Position numbers and translations under genes: made by a program
NCBI GenBank assembly: GCA_049421125.1
Contig: JBMSML010000001.1
Coordinates: 1-61,924, forward strand
Source of the DNA: Burkholderiaceae bacterium
GTDB taxonomy: Bacteria > Pseudomonadota > Gammaproteobacteria > Burkholderiales > Burkholderiaceae_A
DNA: 61,924 nucleotides
Direction: 5' to 3'
Notes under the pieces: generated by a model
Database searches by the model: none
Seen by the model: only the letters and a program-made list of their open reading frames with translations
Told to the model about the DNA's origin: nothing
In this document: positions 1 to 8,256 of the stretch, in pieces
Numbering within the stretch: position 1 is the stretch's first letter
Layout of the letters: every line of letters starts with the position of its first letter

Positions 1-1005
1 CAGGGTATGCACCCCTTCCTGGATCAGCACATCACTGACCTGCAGACCTTCTTTGACCACGGCCATTTTGTTGCGCTGCTTGCGGTTGAGATTCAGCACT
101 TCGCTGGCGTCTTTGACCGTCATCACGCCCATGCCATAGGTACCTGCATCGGCCTTGACCACCACAAAAGGGGTTTGGGTAATGCCGAGTTCTTTGTATT
201 TCGTTCGGATCTGGGCCAGCATATTGGACACGTTATCGGCCAGGCAGGATTCCCCTTCTCGCGCATGAAAGTCCACCTGCGAGCACGTGGCAAAAAACGG
301 ATCGAGCACCCAAGGATCAATCTGCAGCCGCTCGGCAAACGAGGCCACCACTTTGGAATAAGCGGCAAAGTGTTGGGATTTGCGCCGCACTGACCATCCG
401 GCATGCAGGGGGGGAATAATTTTCTGGCCCTCAATGCCTTTCAGAACATCGGGGATGCCGGCCGACAGATCGTTATTGAGCAAAATGGCACAGGGATCAA
501 ATCCTTTTACTCCCACCCGTTGACCGTTACGTTCAATGGGTTCGAGCAGTAGCCGCTGGCCATCCGGCAGATCGATTGGCGTCGGCGCCGTGATCTCCGG
601 GATCAGGGTGCCGATGCGCACCTCCAGGCCGGATTGCTGCAATAGGCTTGCAAGCCGTGCGACATTGGACAGGTAAAACGTGTTGCGGGTGTGGTTTTCC
701 GGGACGAGCAAAAACCGTCGGACATCGGGGCAGCGCCGCTCAACGGCCGCGCTCATGGCCTGAACGGCCAGGGGCAGCACGTCGGACGACAGGTTATTAA
801 ACCCCCCCGGGAACAGATTGGTATCGACCACCGAGAGCTTAAAGCCGGCATTGCGCAGATCCACCGAGGCGTAAAACGGCGGCACGTGGCTCCTCCACTG
901 CGATCGGAACCAGTGTTCGATATCAGAGCTGGCGTTGAGGATCTGCTGCTCAAGGTGCAGCAGTGGGGCGCCGCCATCGGCGGCATTCAGTATTCGAGGC
1001 ACCAT
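1..1005 (-). CDS. gshA: Glutamate--cysteine ligase, betaproteobacterial GshA type; 3' end runs off the window
   Basis: Manual translation from ATG 1005: MVPRILN...HWFRSQW...PPFYASVDLRNAGFKLSVVDTNLFPGGFNNL, in frame with ...VLIQEGVHTL at base 1. Absent from the ORF track because it is truncated. Confidence 0.93.
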   Translation of the reverse strand, partial: MVPRILNAADGGAPLLHLEQQILNASSDIEHWFRSQWRSHVPPFYASVDLRNAGFKLSVVDTNLFPGGFNNLSSDVLPLAVQAMSAAVERRCPDVRRFLLVPENHTRNTFYLSNVARLASLLQQSGLEVRIGTLIPEITAPTPIDLPDGQRLLLEPIERNGQRVGVKGFDPCAILLNNDLSAGIPDVLKGIEGQKIIPPLHAGWSVRRKSQHFAAYSKVVASFAERLQIDPWVLDPFFATCSQVDFHAREGESCLADNVSNMLAQIRTKYKELGITQTPFVVVKADAGTYGMGVMTVKDASEVLNLNRKQRNKMAVVKEGLQVSDVLIQEGVHTL

Positions 1006-1075
1006 ATGAGGGCATTTTATCCCCCCAACATGACCATGTGCTTACATGGCAAACGCCGTGTTGCGGCTATGCAAT

Positions 1076-1100
1076 AAAAAAGCCCGCCATGCGGCGGGCT
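1076..1100 (-). terminator. Intrinsic terminator of the porin-glnK-amtB transcript
   Basis: Minus strand AGCCCGCC-GCAT-GGCGGGCT (8-bp stem, 4-nt loop) followed by a T run. Confidence 0.9.
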
Positions 1101-1221
1101 CAAAGACACATCGATAAGGAGAAACACAACACCAAGGAGACTACAAACTCAGAAGAAAGTTGCACATCCGGTGAGGAATGTTGCGAGGAAATGTCGTACG
1201 GCACATCTCCTCGCATCGACC
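1076..1221 (-). ncRNA. Candidate 3'-UTR-derived small regulatory RNA of amtB
   Basis: About 120 nt between the amtB stop and the terminator. It has a 5' hairpin (1182-1215), two UCUCCUU anti-SD motifs (1116-1122, 1134-1140) and a UGUUGUGUUU tract between them. Confidence 0.55.
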
Positions 1222-2661
1222 TTAGATGTAGTAGGCCTTTTCACCGTGGGCGGTGGTGTCTAGACCCTCACGCTCTTCGTCTTCCGGCACACGCAGGCCA
1301 GTCACCATTTTCACGATGAAGAGTGCAATCACCGAGACCACTGCGGAGAGCACGATCGTGGTCAGCACCGCCTCGACCTGAATAGCCACCTGGCCACTGA
1401 TTGAGTACTCGCCGACCTTATCGGCCACGTAGTCAAATACACCGGTGCCACCAAGGGATGGCGCTGCAAACACGCCGGTCAGGATCGCACCGATGATGCC
1501 GCCCACGCCATGCACACCGAACACGTCCAAGGAGTCATCGGCCTTGAGCACTTTCTTCAGACCGGTCACGCCCCAGAGGCATCCAAAACCAGCCACAAGA
1601 CCAATCACCAGTGCTCCAACTAGGCCCACGAAACCAGCGGCAGGCGTGATCGCCACAAGACCTGCGACGGCACCCGACGCAGCACCGAGCATAGAGGGCT
1701 TATCGCGGAATATCGCTTCGCCTAAAGTCCAGGCCACAATGGCCGCCGCAGTCGCGAACAAGGTGTTGGTCACGGCCAGCGCAGCGGTTCCGGTGGCTTC
1801 CAGGTTCGAGCCGGCGTTAAATCCAAACCAGCCCACCCACAGCATGGCGGCACCCACCATGGTTAAGGTCAGATTGTGCGGGGGCATCGGCTCTTTACCG
1901 TAACCCACGCGCTTGCCCACCATGTAGGCGGCCACTAGACCGGCGACACCCGCGTTGATGTGCACCACCGTACCACCGGCAAAGTCCAGCGCACCCTTGG
2001 CCCAGAGCGCCCCTGCAGCGGCGATCACGGCCTCCAGTGATTTCGCATCCCCCACCTTGATGGCATCCGGACCGTCCCAGTACCAGACCATGTGCGCGGT
2101 CGGAATGTAGGAGAAGGTAAACCAGATCACCAAAAAGAGCAGCACCGCGGAGAACTTCATGCGTTCGGCAAAGGACCCGACAATCAGCGCGCATGTGATG
2201 GCGGCAAAGGTGCCCTGGAAGGCCACAAACATCAGCTCCGGAATCACCACGCCACGGCTAAAGGTGGCCGCCACGGACTCTGCGGTGATGCCCGATAAAA
2301 AGAGCTTATCGAATCCGCCGAAGTAGGGGCTGCCACCGGTAAACGCGAGCGAGTAACCGTAAATGGCCCAGAGCACAAAAATCAGCGATGCACCCACCAT
2401 CACCTGCATCAGCACGGAAAGCATGTTCTTGGCGCGCACCAGGCCGCCGTAAAACAATGCCAGTCCGGGCACGATCATCGAGAGCACCAAGACCGTGGAC
2501 AACATCATGTAGGCCGTATCCCCTTTGTTGGGAACGGGAGGGGGTGGTACAGCGGCTGCCGGTGCATCGGCGGCAAAGGCGAGCGATGCCATGCCCAGCG
2601 ACCCGAGAACAGCGAGTGCAGGACCCGCGGTTTTCGCAAGAGTAGAAGAGAAAGTTTTCAT
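1222..2661 (-). CDS. amtB: Ammonium transporter AmtB
   Basis: LDFAGGTVVHINAG, WVGWFGFNAGS and DDSLDVFGVHGVGG motifs (twin His); signal peptide; follows glnK. Confidence 0.97.
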   Translation of the reverse strand: MKTFSSTLAKTAGPALAVLGSLGMASLAFAADAPAAAVPPPPVPNKGDTAYMMLSTVLVLSMIVPGLALFYGGLVRAKNMLSVLMQVMVGASLIFVLWAIYGYSLAFTGGSPYFGGFDKLFLSGITAESVAATFSRGVVIPELMFVAFQGTFAAITCALIVGSFAERMKFSAVLLFLVIWFTFSYIPTAHMVWYWDGPDAIKVGDAKSLEAVIAAAGALWAKGALDFAGGTVVHINAGVAGLVAAYMVGKRVGYGKEPMPPHNLTLTMVGAAMLWVGWFGFNAGSNLEATGTAALAVTNTLFATAAAIVAWTLGEAIFRDKPSMLGAASGAVAGLVAITPAAGFVGLVGALVIGLVAGFGCLWGVTGLKKVLKADDSLDVFGVHGVGGIIGAILTGVFAAPSLGGTGVFDYVADKVGEYSISGQVAIQVEAVLTTIVLSAVVSVIALFIVKMVTGLRVPEDEEREGLDTTAHGEKAYYI

Positions 2662-2693
2662 AAAAGCCTCGTGTAAAAAGGTTCAGCTCAGCA

Positions 2694-3092
<399 letters not shown>

Positions 3093-3098
3093 TTAGGG

Positions 3099-3926
3099 TT
3101 AGAAGGTTTTAGTGAGAGATACGACACCGACCCCTTCGTAAAGTTTTTTATTTCGCCCGTCAGTAGTGGTGAAGAATGTTTTTCCGTCTGCAGATAATCC
3201 GGAAGTCGTTACGTACGAAACACCAAAGAGCCACCCGTCGAGATCGTAGGCCACTCCAACCGAGTAGTCTTTGATTACATCGAGCGCCGCTTCCTTCTTG
3301 TTCAGATCAAGAAACCCAGCATGAATCTTCAGTGTTGTCTTGGATGCAATCTCGTAGGTAAAGGTTAGGTCGTAGTAAAGAGTACCTTTTGATGAGGAAT
3401 CTGCAGCAGTTTGGAGAGACGTATCATTCTCCTTGCCGATACCGAAGTAACGATCGGAGAGTGTGTAGGATGTTTTAAAGCTAAGGGGGCCGTAACCTAA
3501 GCCAACATACACTTCGTGCGTGTTCCAGTAGTTTTTGGTGTCACTTGTGGCCGTGTTAGTTAAGTCCGTTCCCCACTGAGCGCCAGGGTAGTAGTAATAG
3601 ATAGTACCTAGATCAAAACCCACGCCAGCGATTTCTTTTTTAAGGCCGGCGTAAAAATCCATTTCGGTGCCACCGCCATTCGGGGCGGTCCATTGGGAAA
3701 CGCTAGAATTCCAATTGCCGACGTACAGGCCAGACTTGTGGGTAAAGTCTAGGCCACCCTGTACCGCCGCGCTTGTGTTGGACTGAGAGATGCCTCGGAA
3801 CCGATAGTCCGAAGTAAGGCCAAAATTCCCACCAACGGTGTAATCCGGCTCGGGCGCTTTTTTGTCCTGCGCGAATACGGGGACCGCTAGGGCCGCAAGG
3901 GTAAGGGCGAGTACTGTTTTTTTCAT
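3099..3926 (-). CDS. TorF family putative outer-membrane porin
   Basis: Signal peptide MKKTVLAL..AVPVFA, SDYRFRGISQ and AVQGGLDF motifs, C-terminal Phe (SLTKTF); directly upstream of glnK. Confidence 0.88.
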   Translation of the reverse strand: MKKTVLALTLAALAVPVFAQDKKAPEPDYTVGGNFGLTSDYRFRGISQSNTSAAVQGGLDFTHKSGLYVGNWNSSVSQWTAPNGGGTEMDFYAGLKKEIAGVGFDLGTIYYYYPGAQWGTDLTNTATSDTKNYWNTHEVYVGLGYGPLSFKTSYTLSDRYFGIGKENDTSLQTAADSSSKGTLYYDLTFTYEIASKTTLKIHAGFLDLNKKEAALDVIKDYSVGVAYDLDGWLFGVSYVTTSGLSADGKTFFTTTDGRNKKLYEGVGVVSLTKTF

Positions 3927-3978
3927 GAGGAGGCTCCTGGTTGGGTGATGCGAGCCCAACTGGCTCGTAGGCTCATTA

Positions 3979-3995
3979 AGCGAAAGCCGTGCCAA
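3979..3995 (-). promoter_or_regulatory. sigma54 (-24/-12) promoter of the porin-glnK-amtB operon
   Basis: Minus strand TTGGCACGGCTTTCGCT with exact GG-N10-GC spacing. Confidence 0.85.
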
Positions 3996-4065
3996 GCCTA
4001 AAACACTCAAAACACCGGGTTTGACGGGTGTTTTGGCCCACTATGTCGCAGTGGCGCCCCAAAAT

Positions 4066-4104
4066 TGCACAGACTTGATGCATGACATGCACCAAATCCG
4101 ATCA
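4066..4104. promoter_or_regulatory. Tandem NtrC-like enhancer sites
   Basis: TGCACAGACTTGATGCA (4066-4082) and TGCACCAAATCCGATCA (4088-4104) resemble TGCAC-N7-GTGCA. Their starts are 22 bp apart, 70-110 bp upstream of the sigma54 promoter. Confidence 0.75.
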
Positions 4105-4156
4105 CCTCGTGGGCAACGGATACCCCTGAAAAACGCCTCGTGCTAAATTTCTGACC

Positions 4157-4432
4157 ATGACCAAATCCCCCTTCTCCAATCTGCCACCCCTGCCCAAGGC
4201 CTTCTCCGACCTACAAGACAAGGTGAAGGACGTGATCAAGAATTCCCCTGCTGGGGACGTGGAAAAGCACATGAAGTCCGCACTGGCTGGGGCCTTGGGC
4301 AAGATGGACGTGGTCACCCGCGAGGATTTCGACATCCAGTCCCAGATGTTGTCCCGGGCGCTCGAAAAGCTCTCCGTTCTGGAAAAGCGCGTCGCGGAGC
4401 TTGAGACCAAAAAGATCGGCAACTCGGCCTAG
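4157..4432 (+). CDS. ubiK: Accessory factor UbiK / YqiC (BMFP) family protein
   Basis: KMDVVTREDFDIQSQML..ALEKL..LEKRVAELE coiled coil; conserved position between glnK and comM. Confidence 0.85.
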   Translation: MTKSPFSNLPPLPKAFSDLQDKVKDVIKNSPAGDVEKHMKSALAGALGKMDVVTREDFDIQSQMLSRALEKLSVLEKRVAELETKKIGNSA

Positions 4433-4482
4433 TCCGATTCGCCGATAGAAGTCCTCTCGGCGCCGTTTCACAGTAAGCGCCC

Positions 4483-6030
4483 ATGGCGCTATCCGTTTTA
4501 TATTCCCGGGCCATTTCCGGCCTGTCGGTGATTTCCATTCGGGTCGAGGTGGACCTTGCGCTGGGCTTGCCCAGCTTTTCGATTGTGGGCTTACCCGATG
4601 CGGCGGTGCGCGAATCCCGCGAGCGGGTGCGTGCGGCTATTCACAACTCGGGTTTTGAATTTCCGTCGATGCGGGTGACGGTGAATCTCGCGCCGGCCGA
4701 CCTGCCCAAGGACTCGGGGCGCTTTGATCTGCCGATCGCGCTGGGCATTTTGGCGGCCAGTCATCAAATCGGCGGCCGGAATTTGGAAACTAATATTGCG
4801 CGCCGGGAGTTTGTCGGGGAACTCTCCATGACCGGCATGCTGCTGCCGGTGCGCGGCGCATTTGCACTGGCCATGGATTCCATCGCGGTGAACAGTCCAT
4901 GCGATGAACTCATCCTGCCCTTGGCCAATCGGACCGAGACATCGCTCACCCAATCCCCACGGCTACGGTTTGCGGCCAATCTGCGCGAGGTCGCCATGGC
5001 CTTAAAGACCGGGCAGGGCTTACACGATTTGGAGTTCTCACAAGGGAGTGACCAGGCGTCTGATGTGTGCGCCATCACGCCGACCGACTGGTCCGACATT
5101 GCGGGTCAGGTGCCCGCAAAAACCGCCGCTGTAATTGCAGCGGCCGGCCGCCACAATCTGCTGATGTTTGGACCGCCGGGTGTGGGCAAGTCCATGATCG
5201 CCTCGCGCCTTCCGGCCCTAATGCCCAAGCTGTCGCATTCGGAAGCCTGTGAACTCGCGGCGATCAAAAGCATTGATCAAGGTCTAGACCCATTGTCGTG
5301 GCGGCACCCGCCATACCGTTCACCCCATCATTCCACGCCATCACGCGCACTGATCGGAGGAGGCCAACCGGTAAGGCCCGGAGAAATCTCCTTGGCCCAT
5401 CATGGCGTCTTGTTTTTGGATGAGCTGCCGGAGTTTTCGCGCGATGCACTTGAAAGCCTGCGCGAGCCCTTAGAGACCGGCGAGATCAGTGTGGCGCGAG
5501 TCCGTGAGCGCATTCGATTGCCTGCCGATGTCATGCTCGTGGCCGCCATGAATCCATGTCCCTGTGGATACTTTGGCGTTCGTCATGCACGGCGTACCTG
5601 CAAATGCCCACCGGATCGAATCGAACGCTATCGATCAAAAATCTCCGGCCCCTTATTGGATCGATTCGATATGGCCATTCAATTAGAAGCAGGGGGAGAC
5701 TACTCGTTAAACGATCGCCCTACTCAAAAAGAGTCGCCGATCATCGCAGAGCAGGTTGCAATGGCCCGTGATACCCAGCGCAAGCGGCAATCCACGTTAA
5801 ATAGCCGTCTGTCGGTGACCGAACTGCAGCGGGTGGCGGCCATTGATGTGGACTGCGAACGTCTATTGAATCAGGTTGCACGGCAGTGGGGATGGAGTGC
5901 ACGTGCCTGGCATCGCACGCTGCGCGTGGCCCGCACCATTGCCGACTTGGCGCACGCCAACACCATCAATCACACGCATATCAGTCAGGCCATTGAACTG
6001 CGCCGGGCGATGGATGGCCCCTCGGGTTAA
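4483..6030 (+). CDS. comM: YifB/ComM family Mg-chelatase-like AAA+ ATPase
   Basis: NLAPADLPKDSGRFDL, Walker A GPPGVGKS, GEISLAHHGVLFLDE, AMNPCPCG. Confidence 0.93.
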   Translation: MALSVLYSRAISGLSVISIRVEVDLALGLPSFSIVGLPDAAVRESRERVRAAIHNSGFEFPSMRVTVNLAPADLPKDSGRFDLPIALGILAASHQIGGRNLETNIARREFVGELSMTGMLLPVRGAFALAMDSIAVNSPCDELILPLANRTETSLTQSPRLRFAANLREVAMALKTGQGLHDLEFSQGSDQASDVCAITPTDWSDIAGQVPAKTAAVIAAAGRHNLLMFGPPGVGKSMIASRLPALMPKLSHSEACELAAIKSIDQGLDPLSWRHPPYRSPHHSTPSRALIGGGQPVRPGEISLAHHGVLFLDELPEFSRDALESLREPLETGEISVARVRERIRLPADVMLVAAMNPCPCGYFGVRHARRTCKCPPDRIERYRSKISGPLLDRFDMAIQLEAGGDYSLNDRPTQKESPIIAEQVAMARDTQRKRQSTLNSRLSVTELQRVAAIDVDCERLLNQVARQWGWSARAWHRTLRVARTIADLAHANTINHTHISQAIELRRAMDGPSG

Positions 6031-6069
6031 GGCCTATCCCATGTCCGCCCGCGCATCGTGCGGCACAGA

Positions 6070-7311
6070 TTAGGCCGCTGGGGTCGGTTGGCGCTTTGGC
6101 ACTAACCACACAAGCGCCAACAGCTGCGTGATCAGCCAGACATAAAAAGCCGTGCGAAGACTATCGATAGCCGATTGTCCGGTGAAGGCAGCGAGATCAG
6201 CGACCAGACCCAGACCCCACTGCACGCCAAATGCACCCACAAACACAATGAAGTTAATGCCCGTGGTCGCACGCCCGGCCATCGCCACCGGAAATGTCAG
6301 GCTTACCTTGGCATAGCTCGCTGCAGTCATCGATGTGGTGAAAAACATGAGCGACCACCCCAGTAGGCCATTGCCCCACCAATTAAAAACGGCCGCCGTC
6401 GATGTGATCAGCATCAAAATACTGCCGATAATAATTACCGAGTCCAGTGACCATCCCCACTGTTTAAAGCGCAGACTGATGGTGCTCATGACCAGGTGAG
6501 AGAGCATTACCACGACACCCAGGACCAACAGGCTCGCGGCGGCCTGCGCCGAGGCTTGACCATCCACGATTCGAAACCAGGGTCCAATCCATAACCCCTG
6601 CACCGCCAGGAATCCACCATGGGTAAAAATGGCAAACGGAATCAGTCGCCGCACCTCCGGATGGGCAAAGACCTGTCGGGCACTGGCCCATGTGTCGTGC
6701 CAAAACGGTTTTTCAATGGGGGCGGGCTCCGGCATGGGCGGTAAGAGTGCCATCAGCGCAATGGCCGACAAGGAAAACAATCCCGCGGCGATGAGAAACA
6801 CACCACGCCAGCCAATCGTGGGCAAGGCCCATTCAATTGGCACGGTGGACGCCAGCGCTCCGAACGACCCCACCATCAGCATCAGCGATGCAAGACTGGT
6901 CTGCCGCTCGGGTGCAAAGCAGGCGCGGTAGGCCTTGTACGAGGCCATCAGACATGCCGCCACGCCCAGACCGATCAGGGCACGCCCGATCCATAGCCAG
7001 ACAAAGCTTGTCGCAAAACTGCTGATCAGGCAGCCGAGCACAGCAAAGATCAGTAAGGCCGCTTCCACAGATTTAGGGCTACGCCGATCCAGCAGCACTC
7101 CCAATGGAATCTGCATCGCGGCAAAGGTCAGAAAGTAGCCACTGGACAACAGACCGAGTTCAGCGGCCGACAGTGAGAGTTCATCGGTGAGCGGCCCGGA
7201 GAGCACCGCGTTCACCGAGCGCATCACATAGGATAAAAAGTAGGGTGCCGCAAACGGCATGAACACATGTAGGATGCGGTACTGCTCGCCAGACGAGGAG
7301 CTTGCGTTCAT
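6070..7311 (-). CDS. MFS transporter, substrate unknown
   Basis: About 12 hydrophobic segments; motif-A-like GVLLDRRSPK; GRALIGLG; GWR. Confidence 0.85.
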   Translation of the reverse strand: MNASSSSGEQYRILHVFMPFAAPYFLSYVMRSVNAVLSGPLTDELSLSAAELGLLSSGYFLTFAAMQIPLGVLLDRRSPKSVEAALLIFAVLGCLISSFATSFVWLWIGRALIGLGVAACLMASYKAYRACFAPERQTSLASLMLMVGSFGALASTVPIEWALPTIGWRGVFLIAAGLFSLSAIALMALLPPMPEPAPIEKPFWHDTWASARQVFAHPEVRRLIPFAIFTHGGFLAVQGLWIGPWFRIVDGQASAQAAASLLVLGVVVMLSHLVMSTISLRFKQWGWSLDSVIIIGSILMLITSTAAVFNWWGNGLLGWSLMFFTTSMTAASYAKVSLTFPVAMAGRATTGINFIVFVGAFGVQWGLGLVADLAAFTGQSAIDSLRTAFYVWLITQLLALVWLVPKRQPTPAA

Positions 7312-7317
7312 CGGAAA

Positions 7318-7872
7318 TTAGAGTCCCACCAACTCCAGGGAGTCGACGAATTGGCGCGCATTTTCTTCTGTGAGTTCATCGTTCGGGCCCACGGCAATGA
7401 TTTCGACCACCCGTGCCGGAAGACCGGAGGGCACAGAAATTACGGTAGAGCGCATGATCAAACGGGCCGGCACCGCGGGCTTGACCGGATCTACGTGCAT
7501 CAGTCCATTGGCCCGAATTTCTACAAAACGATGGTTCTGCACCATAACCTCTGTTCGCACCACTTGATCCGGTGTGGCCCGGATATTGGCAAGCATGGCC
7601 GCTTCTAATTCCTCACGATGAGCGTTTGATCCATTGACGATGAGACCGACTGCATACATGGTGTGATCAATGCGTGCGGATTTGAGGGTTAATGTGACCT
7701 GGCGCTGAGCGCCCGGCAGCACAAGGGTTCGGGACACCTCGACCGGTTTGGCAGGAAAGAGCGCTTTCCAGCCGCCGTCGGCATGGTGCACCACACGCCA
7801 ATCCATGGTGGGTGTGCACCCGAGCACCACCATCGTCCCCAGTATGACCGCGAATCGTGCACACCATCGCAT
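7318..7872 (-). CDS. Putative lipoprotein (start uncertain)
   Basis: Signal peptide with lipobox VLGC followed by TPTMDWR; ends 6 bp before the MFS gene. Confidence 0.65.
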   Translation of the reverse strand: MRWCARFAVILGTMVVLGCTPTMDWRVVHHADGGWKALFPAKPVEVSRTLVLPGAQRQVTLTLKSARIDHTMYAVGLIVNGSNAHREELEAAMLANIRATPDQVVRTEVMVQNHRFVEIRANGLMHVDPVKPAVPARLIMRSTVISVPSGLPARVVEIIAVGPNDELTEENARQFVDSLELVGL

Positions 7873-7923
7873 GGCCGTTGGCGCGACTAGAATAGAAAAC
7901 CAGTTCATCGGGAGCAGTGTATC

Positions 7924-8256
7924 GTGATCATCGAATTTAAAAGTAAAGCCGCCGGGGCCTTCTTCATGACCGAGCCGGTGATGAAAATGGTGTTTTCTGC
8001 CATGCAGATGGAATTCTCCGCCAAAGGAATTTTCACCGAGGAACAGGTTCCTCAAATGCGCGCCCGCTTGGCCGCAGCAATCGATCGTGCCAAACAACTG
8101 GATCAGGCCAGACTTTCACAACACGATGAGGCGGTTCGTGAAGGCGAGGCCTCGGGCCGAGATCTGCCCATTGGTTTATCCCAGCGTGCCTTCCCTCTGC
8201 TTGAGATGCTGACGGCGGCAGAAAAGAAAAAAGTATCGGTGGTCTGGGGAGTCTAA
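7924..8256 (+). CDS. DUF1840-like protein
   Basis: [23 protein letters not shown]-terminal VVWGV pattern. Confidence 0.8.
   Translation: MIIEFKSKAAGAFFMTEPVMKMVFSAMQMEFSAKGIFTEEQVPQMRARLAAAIDRAKQLDQARLSQHDEAVREGEASGRDLPIGLSQRAFPLLEMLTAAEKKKVSVVWGV

Noticed and set aside
1111-1190. Four AGGA motifs on the + strand suggesting a CsrB/Rsm-type sponge RNA
   Set aside because: The terminator U tract and the G-U-stabilised hairpin both favour the minus strand, and the GGA motifs are not in hairpin loops.
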